This document shows positions 1 to 13,500 of a stretch of DNA of 64,000 nucleotides, piece after piece. The translations under genes were made by a program, and so were the position numbers. The notes under the pieces were generated by a model. The model had not been told where the DNA came from, did not search any database, and saw only the letters and a list, made by a program, of their open reading frames with translations. Position 1 is the stretch's first letter. Each line of letters starts with the position of its first letter. This DNA is from Selaginella moellendorffii. Taxonomy: Eukaryota > Plantae > Lycopodiophyta. The stretch is from positions 4,752,691 to 4,816,690 of the forward strand of contig NW_003314261.1 in assembly GCF_000143415.4 (NCBI RefSeq), given 5' to 3'.

Positions 1-1125
1 ATGACATTGACTTGCTTCGACCTTCGGCGTTTCTGAATGATACCATCATAGACTTTTACATCAAGTAAGTTGCTTCTCTTCTCAACTTTCTTCTTACTGA
101 GACTTGATGGACAGGCATTTGCAAATGACGATGTCCGACGATGAGAAGGCGAAGACTTACTTTTTCAACAGCTTTTTCTTTCCGAAGCTCGTAGATTTGA
201 GTGCGCTCCCTGCTGACGAGGCTCGGGCTGCGTTTGCACGCCTTGAAAAGTGGACAAAGAAGGAAGACATCTTCCAGAAGGATTACATCTTTATTCCCGT
301 GAGTAGAAGGTAATCGTACGCTGAAAATTTTTATCCTTTCTCTAAGACATTGGACTAATTTGCACAGCTTGCACTGGAGCTTGCTCGTTATTTGCTACCT
401 AAGTGACATGCTTCCAACAGGTAACACTTTTTCACGCCTGTTTCTCGGCTCGCCATATCTTATTCTTTGACTGTGCAGATAGCGACTTACACACCGTCTC
501 TACGAGGATTCTTCATTTTGACTCCCTCACGGGTTTTCATTCAGACATCGAACCCTTTGTCAGGAAGTTGGTATTTCTCATCGGATATATGGGTTCACGG
601 GCCTAACATCGTTTCAGCTACCTCTGGCAGGAATGGAACAGGAGAAAAACAAGTGAGAAAGAGGATCGTAAGTATCATTTTGATCAAATCAAGTTCGTTA
701 GAGTGGAGGTAACCGTGTTTTGAGTATCATAGGCTTCACTGTAATAGCATTGCGATTTCAGGTACCCCAGCAAGACAACCTGCACGACTGCGGTCTGTTT
801 CTTTTGCACTACGTCGAGTTGTTCCTCGAGAGATGCTTCACGTCTAAGAGCAGTTTGTCGCTGGTAAGCGTCCTTGATTCTTATCCTTTCGGTTATCGAC
901 ACGCAATGCACTGCACAGATCACAGTGAACTGGTTTGATCCTGCCGAGGCGTCGGCAAAACGGTTCCAACTACTGCGGCTGATTCACGGAATGCTTACGG
1001 CCAAGCTGGATTCGCAAGGGGAGAGCAATCCTTCTCCGATCCACTTGTGGAAGCACGGGAACGATCTAAACTCCTCACCAGACGATGCCGAGGAGCTCGT
1101 CATGTTTCACGGCTCATCTCCTTGA
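1..1125 (+). CDS. Ulp1/C48-family SUMO protease, 3' part (gene begins before the window), multi-exon
   Basis: Spliced reading gives FLNDTIIDFYIK, FFNSFFFPKL, KWTKKEDIFQKDYIFIPV, catalytic His in LHWSLLVIC, ILHFDSL, and QQDNLHDCGLFLLHYVELF with the catalytic Gln/Cys; GT-AG introns. Confidence 0.9.
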
Positions 1126-1339
1126 GAGCGTAGCGTAAGTTTCTCTTTCTTGTCTTGACAACAACCAAGCTAATATCTCGAAGTTTTTGGTTGCAGGAGA
1201 GACTGTGTACAGACCTCTTTGTACAGAAATTTTTTTGACGACAACAATAAGAGCTTTTTCCTTTTTCTTTACAAATGCCAAAGAGGATTATTTTCCAGAC
1301 AAGAAGAGAGTGGAGGAAGAAAAAAAAAAAAAGAAGGTA

Positions 1340-3712
1340 TCATTGTTTATACACCGAAGCCGTGTTCTTATTCGACAGTTGTTGATGGTGGTGGTGATGA
1401 TGGTGGTGATGGTGTTGTTGTAGCAGGGACTGCTGTGACGACGGAGACGATGCCGACAGGATCTGTTGCCTCTCCTTAAGGCTCCCAATGGTAGCAGCGG
1501 CACCACTGTCGGCCGAGTTGCTACAGGGGGACACATCCTGCTCGTGCTGCTCCGGCCTGTCCCAGATCGTGATGTGCCCCTCGTGGCAAGCCGTGAGCAC
1601 CGACTCCTGCGTGAACACCAGCCCCGACAGTGGCTCCGGATGGAGCCTGTGCGCCATGATGGGAGCGAGCTTTGGTACCTCCTTTCTCAGCGGGGCCGGC
1701 TGGAGACTGGTTGGATCGTGGTACTGCGCGGCCGACGTCTGTGAGCCGGCCAGGCCCCCCGGTGATGAGCCGGGGGCTGCTAGCTTCCGGAATGGCATCA
1801 CCACCTCGTCCATTGCCAGGTCCCACAGCAGTAATTGTGTGTCCTTGCGAAGTTGACAACGAGGTCTTAGTTCTGTATCCATTTTGCTAGAATCGAAGCT
1901 TGTTTTATCACTTACCTGGCCAACGGAACCGAAGCGATACGTTGTCGTGCCACCGTCGTCCGCCGGCGGCGTCCAGTATGGATCAAACGCGACTTGACTC
2001 ACCTGTGTGTAGTAAAAGAGTGTGTCAAATGAAAATAAAAAATAAAATGTCGAAACGCACCCAAGAATTGTGACCCTCTCCCCAGGCAACAACCGCCCGG
2101 TCTTCCATGCTCCAGACTTGGACTAAATCATCCTCTCCACCAGCCAACACGTACTTCCCATCCGAGCTAAGAGAGAGGAAAGAAGAGAGAAGATATAAGA
2201 AAAGTATTCCAAATACACAAGCGCTGTTTACCTCCAGGCACAGCATAGCAGCGCACCAAAGTAGCTCTTCCCACCGCAGGCTACTTGCTCCTTGGCGTAA
2301 TCAAATATTCTCAAGTAGCCTGCATAGACGCGCACCCATTAGCTATAAACGAGACACAAATTCTTTACCGCCATACCATCCCTTCCGACAGTAGCTAAAA
2401 ACGTTCCATCACAAGAGAAAGCAAGGCTGTTGATAGCTCCCTGACATACATGCCATCTCGCAATGGGGTTGCTCTGCAAAACTTGGCGGGTCAGAACAAA
2501 GAATCCGTGAAACTTTAGCTCTTTACCTTACTTGATCTCGCATGAGAGACAGAAAACTGCGCTGGATCTTTGACAGGGGAGAACGACACATCGCCACTAC
2601 CATCTTTCGTCTGCAAACTCGCGTCAGGAAACAAGAGAAGAATAGCAACTAGCTGACCTTGTCGTAGACATATAGATTGCCATCAGCATGGGCCACTACA
2701 AACAATCCTTCACTATGCGGAATCCAAGCAACCGCCGTGCATCGGCTGCAAACACCAAGCAAAAGCACAAACTTTTAGGCCGCTACGTTAGAAAGCTTTC
2801 ATGTATCCCACCTATTATTTAAAACGCCATCTTTATTATAATGCATAGCACCTACCAACTTCTTCCCTGGATCCTGCAATTGTTGCCTTAGCGACGTGGA
2901 ATACACTGGAAAGCAATGTTTTTATGTATGAATAGAGAAAAGAAAAAGTGAGTACCATCTCCGGAGCTAAGGCCAATTAGCAGATCGTGCCCATCCTTGG
3001 CTTCAGAGTCAAAAGCATGGCAAAGAGGATTGGAACTGTTGAAATGGATACTCTTGATTGGGTCCTGAGCAAAAAAACGAAGAAGAAAGGTTTGTAGCAC
3101 AAGTTAGAAACAAAATGGAAACCGAGAGAACAACTTGCCTTGTCCTGCGTATCATACGCGCTGATAAATATCGCATCACCAACGTTGAATATAACGTATG
3201 TGCCTTCTCCATCAAAATTGGAAACAATCGGTCCATTGCTCACGGACACACTCGCGGCTCCTGTAGCTGCAGTTTTCCCGCCTCCACTAAACTTGCTCGC
3301 AAACCCGTTACCACCTACAAAACCGAGAGCTCTACTGCCATTCCCTGCACCTAGGAGCCTAACCGCAGCTGGAAACCTCATCCCACCACCACCACTTCCC
3401 GAGCTGTTACTCGTCGATGAATTCGACTGTGCCGGCTTATCCTTGAGATGAGCCAAAGTAAGCTGGAAAGGAAACGAAAGAAAAGAGAACCACCATCAAT
3501 AGCCAGCACAAAGGAAAACCAAGAGAAGACGAAGAAACTCATACCTGAGTGACAGTTTTCCCATGACTGTAGTGGAGGAGGCCGGAAGGATGGCTCTTTT
3601 CTCTCGACAATTTGTAGCGTCCCTCGGGTGTCTTGAAGTGCGTACGTCCTCCTCCTCCTCCTCCTCCTCCCCCTCCTCCAGCGCTGGAAGGCGTGTTGGA
3701 AGAAGCAGCCAT
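1340..3712 (-). CDS. WD40-repeat protein of WDR20/DMWD/CreC type, multi-exon, with a poly-His C-terminus
   Basis: THFKTPEGRYKLSREKSHP, YVIFNVGDAIFIS, DGKYVLAGGEDDLVQVWSMEDRAVVAWGEGHNSWV, YRFGSVGQ, DTQLLLWDL, LTACHEGHITIWDRP. Confidence 0.88.
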
Positions 3713-4258
3713 TCCTCTCATTCATTCATTCATGCACCAAAACTTTCCTGTGGCACAGGAAGTATCCGGCATACCATCGCTTGCACAGACGACGCCTCCA
3801 CATCCTGATCACTGACCACTTCCATGCCGGCCCTCCAATTTCCAGGGAGAAATCCAGCATGCTGTCCTCACCATTCTACCTTCCTGCGCACCAATTCCTT
3901 TGCAAAAACCCTAAGGCGGCTTCCTCCTCCTCTTTCTTTCTGCCCTACAACTCCTACTCTGCCAAAACCCTACCGCTCGCGAAATCCGGCCTCCCTGAGT
4001 CGATCGATTGCCCGCGCGCTCCCAGCTGCGCGAGATTGCGCGCTTCCAGCTAGATCGCCAGCACCAAAAACCCTCGAAATGCGCTTTTCGCGACAGACCA
4101 GATAAATACTAACTATAACCAAAATAGTCGTAACAACGATATTCCCCTTTCCTTCCAAACGAATCATTCCCCACGAATATTCGAGCTTTCAAAAAAGAGA
4201 AAAAACCACACAAAATAACGAAGGAAAAAAAAAAAACGCGTGTAAGAATTTCGGTTAA

Positions 4259-7200
4259 CTACACCGTCTCTAGAATCCGACCTTCCTGGGTTTGAGGACG
4301 AGCACCAATTTCTCCATCTCTGGAAAAGAAAAGGATGAAAAGCGAGAGAATCGATCGAAAGAACTTTTTCTTGACGAACCTGTTCTTGAAGTACGCAGTG
4401 GTAGCAGCGTTGTAGTTCACGTAGCCGTCAAGAACACCGTTTCCATAGCCGTTTGAGCTGTGCCCACCATTCTCCTTGAACGATCCAGAGCGTTTCTCGT
4501 CCACTGTCGAGTTTACACTCCTGGCACTCGCGTAGTTCCCGTTGGCCTTGGACGCGAGAGCTGGGTTGGTCTCTCGCCGTTTCTCTTGGGGAGAACTCGT
4601 CGACGACGACGACGAAGTCGAGTCCGCGTTGAGAGCTTTAGAGCTTCTGGAACGCTGCGACTGAGCTTGTGCTACCGGTGTCAAGGCCACTGTTGGAGCT
4701 TGGACTGTTCTCGACGAAGGCACGGCTGCTGCGGCTTTGGCGACCGCGGTGGTGGCCGAGACGATGGCGTGAGCGCCTTCTCGAAGGAAAACGTAGTCCC
4801 CTTCCACGACAAACAGCTGCGGCAGCTTTCACGTCAATCCACTGTGGCCACCAAGGAAAACCAAAACTTTGCATGGTTACCTGAGAATGAGCCTCCACAA
4901 ACTCGCCGAGGCGTCCGTAGTGTTTGCGATAGTCATGCCAGTGCAGCGGAGCGAGCACTTTTGCCAGACGATTTGGTAACTGGAACACGATAGAACATAT
5001 GATCAGACAAAACGATAACGGATACGAGACAAAGCTTACAGTCGTGCTGATTCGGATTTTAGCGCTCGGTTCGGCCGGTATGACTCTGACCAAGCAAGCC
5101 AGCAGAGAGTCTCTGTCCATCAGATGTAAATCGGAAATGCTGCCGTTTGCCTCCGATGTACTCCCGGATGAAACAGAAACAGAAGCTTCTTCGCGGACAG
5201 GACCATCTTCATGGCTTTGTTCCAAGTCGCGTGTCTGGAAAAGTTCGCCATTACGGAAATGAAATTAAAGAAATGAAGGCCCGAGAAAAGTCTTTTGCTA
5301 CCTTTACCGCCACTTGGTGTCCGTTTTCGAGGGGCTGTGCTGCCGATTGTTCTGTCTTGCTGTTCACGTGTGGTGAACTTTTGCTTCGTTCAATGACAGA
5401 ATTGAAGCTTGCACAGTGAATGCCCTGTTGCTTTGGTGGTGCCATCTCGACGGTCACTTCTTCCCGATCCATGTAAGGATGCCTCTGAGAGGATAACCCG
5501 GAGAACATTTTCTCCATTTGACTCCTTTCTTGCTCCATGCTTGGCTGCTCCACCTCATTCACCTTCAGCTGTGGATTGGACTCTTCTGAAGAGCTTTGTG
5601 CATGCTTCTGTTCGATCGGACGTTGTTGCCGCTGGACAATCTGGGAGGGATGGTATATTGCTCCTGGCTGGAAGAAAACGAGTTTAAAACCACGTAACAA
5701 AAATCCAAGTTTGTAAAAACCTGCTGATGCTTCATCGGTGGTCGTTGCGAGATCAGCACAGGCACAGGCTGAGGAAACGGCATGGTCGACACTGGCTGAA
5801 CCGCACCATATTGAGGAATACTAGGAGACGGAGGTACAACAGATGTCATTCCTAAAACTGGAGCTGTAAGGACAGGCAGACCTGTTGCGTGCTCAACCTG
5901 ATAGGAAAGGAACTTTGTATGAGCACAGCTTTAGCTAACAAACACAAACCGGCGGTAGTCCATCAGGTGGGATCATCATAGGAAATGCACCCTCCATGTG
6001 TATTACGGGCAACTTATGGTGAAAAGCCATCCCTTGCTCAATAGCCTTTGAGCCTCGCATTCCACTGCCATCGATTGTCATCTCTTTGTTCCTTACAAAA
6101 TGATTCGTTTCTAAGTCCTGCTGCAGCTTTTGGATCACTTGTTGATAGTAGCGCTCAACGTCTGATACCTGTCAAGTTTAGTGACGTGAGTTCAGCACGA
6201 ACTGCAAAAGAAAAAAGTTTCAGACCTGACGTTGGCAGCTAACCCACAACTGCGTCATTTGCTCTGTCCGCTCCCGAAGCTCAGCATGGATTGCGTTCAT
6301 GTGATATGCTTCCAGCTCCTGCGAACGAGCCATCCAAAGCTGCGCGTCCCTGAGCTGTTTATCATTCGGAAACAAGATATCCTGAAAATCTCAAACTTCA
6401 TTCAATCCTGGAAGAGTGCGTTTAAGGATCGGTGCTAACCTGTTCCTCTAGCTCCTGAAGACGGCGTTCTTTGTCGCGAATCTGCTCTTTCAAACTTTCC
6501 ACTTCAGCATGGTGGTCGGCCCTTTCAGCATCCAGTTGGGCAGTATTAGACTTGTTCTCAGCCAACGCATTGTCACGTTCACGCCTGGAGTAAACGAAAA
6601 AGCCAAAGAAAAAAGAAAAAGAAGAAAGAAAAAAATCATGGGCTACATTTTTCACACAACGTTCGCTGCAATCACCTTGTTTACCTCAATGTAGCCAATT
6701 CATTTGTTTGGTCCCTGATAAGTGCGTCCTTCGCCCAGACCTATATGGATTCCAGTATTGTATAGCTAGGCATGAAAGAGAATTATCTAGAGAGCTTACC
6801 TGGTTCCTTACATCGTTGGCTTCCATTTGAAGCTGCCGCTCTCTTTCCTCTGAGTGTTGTTGCATCTCTTGCATTTGCTCCTCTCTTTGATGTAGTTGTT
6901 CCTAAAGACATACTCTTTAGGAAAGCAGAGACGAAAAAAGAAAACCACGCACCTGGAGGCCACTGACGATCTCATTGTGCTGCTTGGCTTGCTCGTCGAA
7001 ACTGGCTTGCAGTCTCAAAATCTCGTTCCGCGCAAAGAACCTGACTTGGAGATCCAGCTCCACTTGCTGGAGATGCTCCCGCTGCCTGGAGATCTCGCTC
7101 AACCGGTGCTGGAGATCGTCAATGTGGGCATCCGCGGCCTCCAGAGCTTGATCGCCATGCTAAGCACAAGATGGAAAAACTAAGAACGGGAGAAATCTTC

Positions 7201-7539
7201 CACAAGAAGGTCGCCGCTTACCTCCTCGTTCTTAGCTGCGAGCTTGTCGGAATTCACATTCTCCGCGTCAGGGGGGTAGACCCTCCCATTTCTTGGGCGG
7301 GAAGAGGAGGGGCCGGGGTAGCGCTGCTGCTGCCGGACCTGTGGATGGCTCATCCTCGCAGCGGCGGGAGCAGCGACAGCGGCAGCCTCGAAAAGCTTCT
7401 TTTGGTGCTGCTGCTGCGCTCCTCCTCCGCCCTCGGACACGACGCGCCACTCCTTCCGCCGCGCCGCCGCCGCCGCCGCTACCGCCGCCGATGGCTGCTG
7501 CTGCTGCTGCTGCTGCTGGATCGCTACAATGCCGTCCAT
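4259..7539 (-). CDS. Conserved plant protein of unknown function: N-terminal RKEWRVVS motif, long coiled coil, C-terminal conserved domain; multi-exon
   Basis: ORF pieces joined by GT-AG introns: RRKEWRVVSE, heptad-rich exons (ISRQREHLQQVELDLQ, VESLKEQIRDKERRLQELEEQ), C-terminal LLACLVRVIP...ISTTLPNRLAKVLAPLHWHDYRKHYGRLGEFV...EGDYVFLREGA. Confidence 0.75.
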
Positions 7540-7704
7540 CGAGGCGCTCCACAGGGCAGCCGGGAAATCATCGTCACAGCGCCTTCGCCATAGCCTAACC
7601 TTCCAAACCCTAATCCCGCATTTTCCTTTAATGGTAACTCTCCTTCGATTCTCAGGAGATTCAATTTCTCTAAGATCAAAGAGTAAAACAATTAAAAGAA
7701 GTAG

Positions 7705-9801
7705 TTACAGCTGCATTTTCATCTCACAGATAAACCTCTCATATTCCGACTCGACCTGGTTATTCTTGCTATTGCCACCACTCGCATTGCCATTACTCGA
7801 CACCATGGCGCTGGAAGCCCAGGGAGGGAACACTGGCGGCGGCGGCGGCGCCACTGGGGGATAGTAGCCACCACCAAACTGGCCCGAGTAATCGCCGGAC
7901 GCTTGGATCCCTTGCATTTCGAAAGAATCCATCCCGGGAGGCGGCGGAGGTGGCAAAGCGCTGGCGGCCGCCCCGGCGGCGAACGCAAATCCTGGCGGAG
8001 CGTGCTGGTGGTGGTGGTGGTGAAACGCGTTGAAGACTGGCGGAGGAGCCGCGGTCCCAGGCGGGGCTAGCGGGGGGAACGCCGGCTGAGGAGCGGCGGC
8101 GTATGGAGTGAAAATGGGAGGAGGTGGCGGCGGGGCTCCCCATCCCGGACTAACTTGCTGGTGTTGGTGTTGGTGGTGTTGGAGCGGCGGATAGATTGGA
8201 AACCCGGCTGCGTCAGTTCCATACCCCGCCGCCATGGGCGCCGCCGCCACCGGGGGCCTCCCCGCGACTCTCACCGCCAGAGTTTTGTCCTCCACCTTCC
8301 AGCCGTTCATGTGGTGCACGGCCTGGACGGCACACGCAGCGTCGCAGAACTTGACGAAGCCATAGCCTTTGCTCGCGCCGGTGTTCCTGTCCCGGATCAC
8401 TTTCACCTCCTCGATCTGGCCGAACGGGCAGAAGAGGCTCCGCAGGGACTCATCGTCGTAGTTTGGCGGCAAGTAGCCCACGTACAAGTTGGTGTCGTCG
8501 GATTCCTTGGCGGCCCTGCTGGTGGTGGCGGCGCCGCTACCACCGCTTCCACCACCTTCACTCGCTCCGTTTGACCCTCCACCGAGCAGCAGCGTCGAGC
8601 CCCCGGAGTGCCGGCCCACCGAGGACGATGACGACTCTCCCCCCATTCCATCCGCGTTCACTTCCACCAAGAACTTCTGGTACTCCCCGTCCATCTTGTT
8701 CGAAGCGCCGCCTTGCTGCCGGCAGTCGCTCGTCGGGTGGCCGCCATCGCCACACTTCGCGCACACCACCCCGGCCTTGAAAGTGGTATTCTTCTCCGGG
8801 CAGCAGTACTGCCGGTGCCCGAGCTGTCCGCAGTTCCGGCAGCTCTCGTCGTCCCGGATGGTCCCGTTGAGCGCCGCAAGCTCCCTCAGCTGCGCGCGCT
8901 TGTGCTCGTTCATGCCTTCCTCCACCGGCTGGAGCAGCTTCTCCACCATCCCCGCCGCGGCCTCCAGAGCTTCCTGGCTGTCCGCCTCCACGAGTACGTG
9001 CAAGTCTTCGTTCTCGCTGGGATCTGGCTTCACGTCGCGCTTCTGCTGCGTCCGCCCTTCCTTGACCGAGCCCTTGCCTCGGATGACGATCTTGGCGCCG
9101 GTCTCCTTCTCCATTCTCTTCTGTGTGTTTCCCCGGGGACCGATGATGAGCCCGATGAAGTTGTAGCCCGGGTAGTCCTTCGCCGGGATGAAGAGCTTCT
9201 TCTGGAGCTTTGGAGGCTTGTAGTCCGGCGGCGGCTTGAACTGGGGGTTCCTCTTGATCATCTGTGCAATCAGTTCGTGCCTTTCCTTGGTCAGCTTCTC
9301 CCGGGCACGAAACTCCCGCGTGTTGATCCTGATGCCCATGTTGTCGTAGATGGGCTCCGGGCTGGGCGACCTCGGCCCCTCGGACCTCTCCTCGAACAGC
9401 TGCCCGATCTGGAGGCGCTTGCTCAGCTCCAGCAGCTTGATGTTGAGAAGCTGCATTTCGGGATCCAGCTCGATGCCCGTCATGAAATTGGGCAAATTCA
9501 CGTTGGGAAAGAGCGTCTTGGACGAGCTCTCCTCGGCAGCCCAGCGGGATTTCCTCTTCTTGGGGGCCGGCGTCCCTCCTCTGCCCTCCTGCTGCTCGCC
9601 CGGACCCGCGGCCTCGTTAGGCTCCCATCGGCTTCTCCTCCTCTTCCCGGACAGGGTCTCAGCTGGGCTCTTGTCCTGGTCCTCGCCAATCTTGTGGAGA
9701 AAATGCGGCGATTCATCGATGCCGTCGTCGCACTTACCTGGGCTGCTGCCGGCACTCCACCCCCCGTGCCAGGACGATCCCCCCGGCTCCGTGCACGCCA
9801 T
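7705..9801 (-). CDS. SF1: Splicing factor 1 / branchpoint-bridging protein (KH-QUA2, two zinc knuckles, RRM), intronless, 698 aa
   Basis: [52 protein letters not shown] (KH), CRNCGQLGH and CAKCGDGGH knuckles, RRM NLYVGYL...KGYGFVKF, Pro-rich tail. Confidence 0.96.
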   Translation of the reverse strand: MACTEPGGSSWHGGWSAGSSPGKCDDGIDESPHFLHKIGEDQDKSPAETLSGKRRRSRWEPNEAAGPGEQQEGRGGTPAPKKRKSRWAAEESSSKTLFPNVNLPNFMTGIELDPEMQLLNIKLLELSKRLQIGQLFEERSEGPRSPSPEPIYDNMGIRINTREFRAREKLTKERHELIAQMIKRNPQFKPPPDYKPPKLQKKLFIPAKDYPGYNFIGLIIGPRGNTQKRMEKETGAKIVIRGKGSVKEGRTQQKRDVKPDPSENEDLHVLVEADSQEALEAAAGMVEKLLQPVEEGMNEHKRAQLRELAALNGTIRDDESCRNCGQLGHRQYCCPEKNTTFKAGVVCAKCGDGGHPTSDCRQQGGASNKMDGEYQKFLVEVNADGMGGESSSSSVGRHSGGSTLLLGGGSNGASEGGGSGGSGAATTSRAAKESDDTNLYVGYLPPNYDDESLRSLFCPFGQIEEVKVIRDRNTGASKGYGFVKFCDAACAVQAVHHMNGWKVEDKTLAVRVAGRPPVAAAPMAAGYGTDAAGFPIYPPLQHHQHQHQQVSPGWGAPPPPPPIFTPYAAAPQPAFPPLAPPGTAAPPPVFNAFHHHHHQHAPPGFAFAAGAAASALPPPPPPGMDSFEMQGIQASGDYSGQFGGGYYPPVAPPPPPVFPPWASSAMVSSNGNASGGNSKNNQVESEYERFICEMKMQL

Positions 9802-10062
9802 CGCGGCCGAAGAACCCTAAAATACAAGCTCCTCTCACTAGCGAATGAATCGCCAGTGCCCCTAGCCCTCTCTCTTACGTGGCGCTCCCCTAAGCGACGA
9901 ATATTCCCTAGCTGTGTGTGCTGTGAATGTCGCCAGGGAGAAACTCGATCGATGCGATGCGCGAGTTCTTGCGATATTCTTGAGAGCTTGAGGAAGAAGC
10001 CTATCGATCGATAGATCTGGACGCCGCGCGCCGCTGCCAAGAATCAATCGCTAGCAGCGGCA

Positions 10063-10533
10063 ATGCCCCCGCCCGATCGGAATTGCTTCTCGTCCTGGTG
10101 GATCACGGCGACCCGGTGTGGCGCCGCGGAGCATCCGCTCTTGGCGTACCTGGTGACCAGCGTCGCCACGCTCTTCATCGTCGTCCTGGCCTACATGACG
10201 ATCCGCTGCTGCTGCCTCTACCACCAAAATCGACGGCGGCAGCTCCAACAGATGATGCTCACGATGCGCGGCGGCGGCGGTGGCCATGGCGAGGATCTAC
10301 GCCAGATGGAGGAGCAGCAGCGGCGCGTGATGATCCAGCCGCTCAATAATCTGGCCCTTGGCGCCGCGATCTTCGAGTCGCAGCACGGGATTCTCGCTCC
10401 GGCGCCACCGCAGATCGAGCAGCCGCAGCATCATCCTCCACCGCGGGTGTGCGTGATCATGGCCGGCGAGGAAAGCCCTAGCTTCATCGCGCAGCCATCG
10501 CCATTGCCTGGGGAAGCATCGTCCAAGAAATGA
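10063..10533 (+). CDS. GDU: GLUTAMINE DUMPER-like single-pass membrane protein
   Basis: N-terminal hydrophobic helix (PLLAYLVTSVATLFIVVLAYMTIRCC) and the diagnostic C-terminal VIMAG motif (VCVIMAGEESPSFIAQP); intronless, 156 aa. Confidence 0.75.
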   Translation: MPPPDRNCFSSWWITATRCGAAEHPLLAYLVTSVATLFIVVLAYMTIRCCCLYHQNRRRQLQQMMLTMRGGGGGHGEDLRQMEEQQRRVMIQPLNNLALGAAIFESQHGILAPAPPQIEQPQHHPPPRVCVIMAGEESPSFIAQPSPLPGEASSKK

Positions 10534-10587
10534 GAGGAGCTGTGGCTGGGGAATATGCGTTTAGGTTTCTAGCGCCTGGGCGGAGCG

Positions 10588-13500
10588 ATGGCGGAGAGGG
10601 CCGCAGAGCTCGCGCGCACTGCCGCCGAGAGGCTGGAGTCGCCATTGCCCTGGGCGGTGAGTGCCTGCTCGGTAATGCATGGCGCCGGGGTGTCGATGCC
10701 GTCCTTGGATTTGGCGAAGGCCATGGTCGCCGACGTTCCATCGCCGCAGCTCATGCCCTTTGTGGATCAAAGCATTGCTTCCGGGCTCGTGTTCCCGATG
10801 CATATGCTATCGCTTCTCGCCGCCAAGTAAGTGTGATCGAGCTAAGAAATAGATTGTTTGTAGTTTCGCTACTAGCGAGTTCTCATTGCTCCAGTGATCT
10901 GGCTGACACTAGATTTTTCTTTCGAATGCAGGGTAATTCCAGTGCGCCAACAACAGCCAGAGACTTATATGATGTTCCTCAATCTCCTCGACACTTATGC
11001 TTTTACTCTTTCTCTGAGAACTACGGTCTCCAGTACTGAGAGGCAAGTTTTCTCTTTGTTTTTATCATGTTTTGACGAGAAGTGTTGAGCTTTTCTTCTT
11101 CTTTTTTTTCCCTTGCCTGTAGATCACTGAAGAGCATCCTAGAGATATTGGAGCTTCCTTTTAATGGCGACGCTCCGAAAGAACTTGGCACCGTGGCTGT
11201 ACAGTTTATACTAGCGCTGTGCTGCCGTCTTGTCGATGCAACAGCCGAGGATTGGTCTATGGCGTTGAGCTCTCCAAGTAAACCAGCTGGAAGTTATTTA
11301 ACAGTGAATGACTTTGACGATGATTTTGGAAGGAGACGACAGGAAGAGTCAGAGCAGGCGAGAGGTAACAGCTTGAGGGCCCTTGAGCTTGTCACCAATT
11401 TTCTCCATCACAAGAAAACCTCCGTACTGCTGAGGCTTGCTCGGAGAAACTTGTAAGTGCTTCACGTTTGCATTTGCTCCACGATTTTAATTTCTTGTTG
11501 CAGATCGGAGCAGTGGGGTTTGTTTGTCCAGAAGCTAAAGTTTCTCGAAGTGATTATACGCGATACGACGTTAGGAGCTCCAAGAGAAACCGGAGAGCTC
11601 TTTGCACGCTTAGCTGCTGCCATTCAGCAAGGCTTGGTCCAAGAACAAAGCAACCGTCGAGTTGTGTACAAGGTCTTGCTGGACACGAACACTTCCATGT
11701 CGGTGTTTGGAAACTATTGGGGAACTGGCCGTACAGCGCCGTGGCTTCCTTTCGATATTTTCATGGAGGACGCTTTGGAAGGAAGGAGAGTTCCCGCGTC
11801 TTCCACTGCAGAAGCTCTTGCAGGTATTCTTCTTTTTGACATTTTCGTTCTTGGCAAACCATAAGTTGTCTTGTGATGTCAGATTTAATCAAGTCACTTC
11901 GGGCAGTTCAAGGTGCTTCGTGGCATGATGTATTCTTGGGGCTCTGGATTGCGGGTCTTCGGCACGTAAACCGGGTAAGATTTTCCGTCTTATTGCTCGC
12001 GTGCCTCTATCATAACAAGCCGCAACTTACAGGAACGCGAACATGTTGAAGGGCCAAGACCGCACGTAGAGTCTCGGCTTTGCATGTTATTATCTATTGT
12101 CCCGTTAGCTTCAGCAGCTGTTATAGAGGAGGAAGAAAACTCTCAGCAGTACAATATCTCGCGGGTTGACGATAGTGAAAGAGGTCGCCGAGCAGCGTTT
12201 GTTTCAAGCTTACAAGTTCTTGGCCAGTTTGAAGGTCTACTCTGCCCGCCACCGATTGCCGTTCCCGCAGCTAATCAGGCTGCCATGAAAGCATCGGCAT
12301 TCGTTGCGGGGATTAAGACAACTCGCGACGGTTATGTCCCTGCCGATGGAAGCACCAAAGCAGGTAACTGTTTTATTTATTTGTGTGTCTTCTTTGAGTA
12401 TCTCATCGACATAAGTTTGCAGTGGGAAACATGAGGCACCTTATCGTCGAGATTTGTATATCCAGAGGTCTTCTAGATGCCTCCGCTTATCTCTGGCCTG
12501 GTTATGCCGTAGCTATACCGCTTTCGGGATCATCCCAGTCATCGCCATGGGCTGCTTTTATGGAGGGGTCGTCCTTGGCTGGGCCGTTGAAGGGTGCGCT
12601 GATAAATACTCCTGCATCCAGGTATGATATTGCAATCTGTATGCTGGTCTTAACTTGGAGCACTACATCAAAGTGTAGCAGAACTTGAGAAGGTATATCA
12701 GATAGCTATAAACGGTGCGGAAAATGAGAGAGTTGCTGCGGCAAGTGTTCTCTGCGGGGCCTCGCTCGTGAGAAGCTGGAGCATCCAGGTAATTGTCTTT
12801 TCTCTATGTCTATGCTGTTTTTTCATTTACCGTGTCTTTTGTAGGAACATGCGGTCCGATTAGCTGTTCGTTTAGTGTCTCCTCCAGTTCCAGCTGAAAG
12901 TAGATCTGGTCATCCCTTGATGAATTATTCCTCCATGCTTTTAGCTGCTTTGGGGGCCCTGACAGAAGTGGATGCAGTTCACGTACTGTCGCTGTATGGG
13001 ATGGTAATGTTTGATAAATATCAGCTGGTCTTGTCGTAACTTATTTTTTAAAAATGCTTGCAGTTTCCAGAACTAGCGGCTGCCTTGCTGCCAATATGTG
13101 AGGTATTTGGTTCCGCGACACCGGCACCTCAAAGCACGGGGGAAGAGGTATCTCCTCATATGGTATTTTCGGTGGCGTTTCTCCTCCTCCTCCGGCTGTG
13201 GAAGTTTCATCGGCCTCCACTTGAGCATCGGCTACTTGGTTTTGAGTCTCCTCTTGGAGGAGATTTAAGCTTGGACTATATCCTTCAACTTCGGAACTTG
13301 GCGTTATCTTCGCAAGGCACCCAGCCTGTGCATCATGTGAAGCTAGATTCCTTTCCAAAGCTCAAGGCGTGGTACACACAGAACCAAGCATGCGTTGCGT
13401 CTACTCTTTCCGGGCTCTCTGGATCGGGCAATCCAGTGCATCAAAACGCTGACAGGCTCCTGAATATGATGTTTAAGAGAATCAAAGCGGCTGCTCCTGA

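Noticed and set aside
8713-10014. 433-aa ORF antisense to SF1 (similar shadow ORFs lie over Lhcb, the LPE1-like PPR and the PLS-PPR)
   Set aside because: Expected by-product of high GC3 codon usage on the opposite strand; no recognisable motifs.
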